A stretch of 62,685 nucleotides of DNA, counting the filler, from Deltaproteobacteria bacterium (GTDB lineage Bacteria > JAEEML01): assembly GCA_016283195.1 (NCBI GenBank). It is 6 parts of 6 records of this genome, joined end to end, with 100 filler letters (N's around TTAATTAATTAA, not from the genome) between each part and the next. Parts side by side here need not be neighbours in the genome. Positions count along the whole stretch, not along the records: positions 59,129 to 62,685 come from JAEEML010000044.1; 5 more parts are not named here. The stretch is one strand, 5' to 3'. The position numbers and the translations under genes were made by a program. Under the pieces are notes generated by a model. The model saw nothing but the letters and a program-made list of their open reading frames with translations. It was not told the DNA's origin and did no database searches. Position 1 is the first letter of the stretch; the number at the start of each line of letters is the position of its first letter. Shown here in pieces: positions 61,501 to 62,685 of this stretch.

Positions 61501-61710
61501 CGGTTTTCCTATCTCCAACAAACTTGTTGGAATTTAAGCGTGCCGAGGTTACTTATTTACCTAGTTCTAGTCAACAAAAAGTGCAATGTGGTAAAAATAT
61601 TGTCAAATTTTGCTGCCGCGTGGGCTGTAACCTATGTGGCTCTGGGCGGCTTTTCTACTACTTTTCCGATCAAATCCATAGCGAGCTACCAATTTGATCG
61701 CAATTTGGGC

Positions 61711-62685
61711 TCATTCGCTAAGGGAGAATTCTTCCATCAGGCACTCGTGGGTTTTACTCTTTTCATCGTAATTTACGCCGATAAAGAGCAATTTGCCCTG
61801 ATAATGCGCAAGTGAGGAGAAATATTTCCGGGCTCTAATTTGGGTGAGGGCTGTTTCCGCGCTGCTGTTTCTTTTAAGCTCAATGATCATCGCCGGCAAA
61901 TTTGGCACAAAGGGGATAAAGACCACATCGGCAAAGCCTTTGCCCGTCGTCATCTCTTTGATAACAGTATATTTATTTAGCGCATATATGTATGAGAGGT
62001 AAATAGCGCTTTGCAGAGCGTCTTCGTTATTATAGCTCCTATTACTCGTTACATGAATATGGCTTTCATCAAGAGCCAGCGCCACCGCTTCGGCATTTCC
62101 CGCAAGAGTTTCTGCTAAAAGTTCGCGTGATGATTCAATAATATGGTTAGTCACTGCGTAATCGTCATTGGCTTCAATGGCGTTAAACCATTCCTGGCGC
62201 ACTTCTTTATTAGGTATGCGGCAGGTGCTATCTTCGCGGTTATAAGCCAGGTAGCCCACATGGATGAGGTAAGTAAAAGCATCGCCCCGTGTAGAAAAAT
62301 CAGTCATGGTATTCATGTAGCGGGTGACATTTACCGGCACATTTTCCCCAGATAGCATTTTTATGACATCATCTTTCATGCCGGCAAAATTGGCCTGAAT
62401 ACGGTCGCTTATCACCGCATAAGTGGAAGTTTTGCCCCAATAGCCAAAGTATTCATGCTTTAGCATGGCTTTTACAACCGATTCTGGGTTATATATCTCG
62501 AGGCCATGCTGCTTATAACCGTCGTACCAGCGGCGGCACTCGGCAAAATCCATATTATATTTGGCGCAGAGCTCTTTTACTTCCGGCTCGGTAAAGCCGA
62601 TAAATTCGGCGAGCGGCCCAGCATCGAGAATAGTAAATTCCTCAAAATTATTGAGCTTTGACTGCACTCTGTCGCGCACGATGGG
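61711..62685 (-). CDS. AAA-ATPase-like + PD-(D/E)XK nuclease protein, 5' end off the right edge; close paralogue of 59129-60241
   Basis: Shares RDRVQSKLNNFEEF...IPNKEV with the 59129 copy. Nuclease part YNNEDAL, EMTTGKGFADVVF, IIELK. Confidence 0.92.
   Translation of the reverse strand, partial: PIVRDRVQSKLNNFEEFTILDAGPLAEFIGFTEPEVKELCAKYNMDFAECRRWYDGYKQHGLEIYNPESVVKAMLKHEYFGYWGKTSTYAVISDRIQANFAGMKDDVIKMLSGENVPVNVTRYMNTMTDFSTRGDAFTYLIHVGYLAYNREDSTCRIPNKEVRQEWFNAIEANDDYAVTNHIIESSRELLAETLAGNAEAVALALDESHIHVTSNRSYNNEDALQSAIYLSYIYALNKYTVIKEMTTGKGFADVVFIPFVPNLPAMIIELKRNSSAETALTQIRARKYFSSLAHYQGKLLFIGVNYDEKSKTHECLMEEFSLSE

Overview
This 62.7 kb window is not one contiguous locus. It is six assembly contigs joined by five artificial 100-nt spacers (N-runs around TTAATTAATTAA, at 13793, 33592, 38992, 56231 and 59029), so gene neighbourhoods only mean something within a contig. 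Gene content points (inference) to a Gram-negative Myxococcota/deltaproteobacterium-like organism, probably gut- or rumen-associated. Housekeeping genes include glmS, an RlmI-like methyltransferase, tsaE, pgk, gap, dxr, bamA, rnhA, PhoH, a U32 protein and MFS/MATE transporters. They are mixed with many cysteine-rich surface proteins, including eight FISUMP (Fibrobacter succinogenes major paralogous) domains, PEGA and Kelch proteins. There is also part of a myxobacterial-type T3SS cluster (sctP/fliK-sctQ-fliO-sctR) and four AAA-ATPase/PD-(D/E)XK genes. The most notable items are: (i) a contig that closes into a 5,159-bp loop holding only two FISUMP surface-protein genes; (ii) an apparent homologue of the Leptospira LigB/LigC non-repeat region; (iii) a signal-peptide-bearing, phage-tail-fibre-like protein; (iv) a 5'-nucleotidase + OB-fold lipoprotein + outer-membrane barrel operon; (v) a Treponema/kinetoplastid-type GAPDH; (vi) tandem, mosaic AAA-nuclease copies 3,050 bp apart; (vii) a dense palindrome cluster. 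No tRNA, rRNA, CRISPR array, integrase, transposase or reverse transcriptase was recognised. All family assignments come from motif recognition by eye, not database searches.
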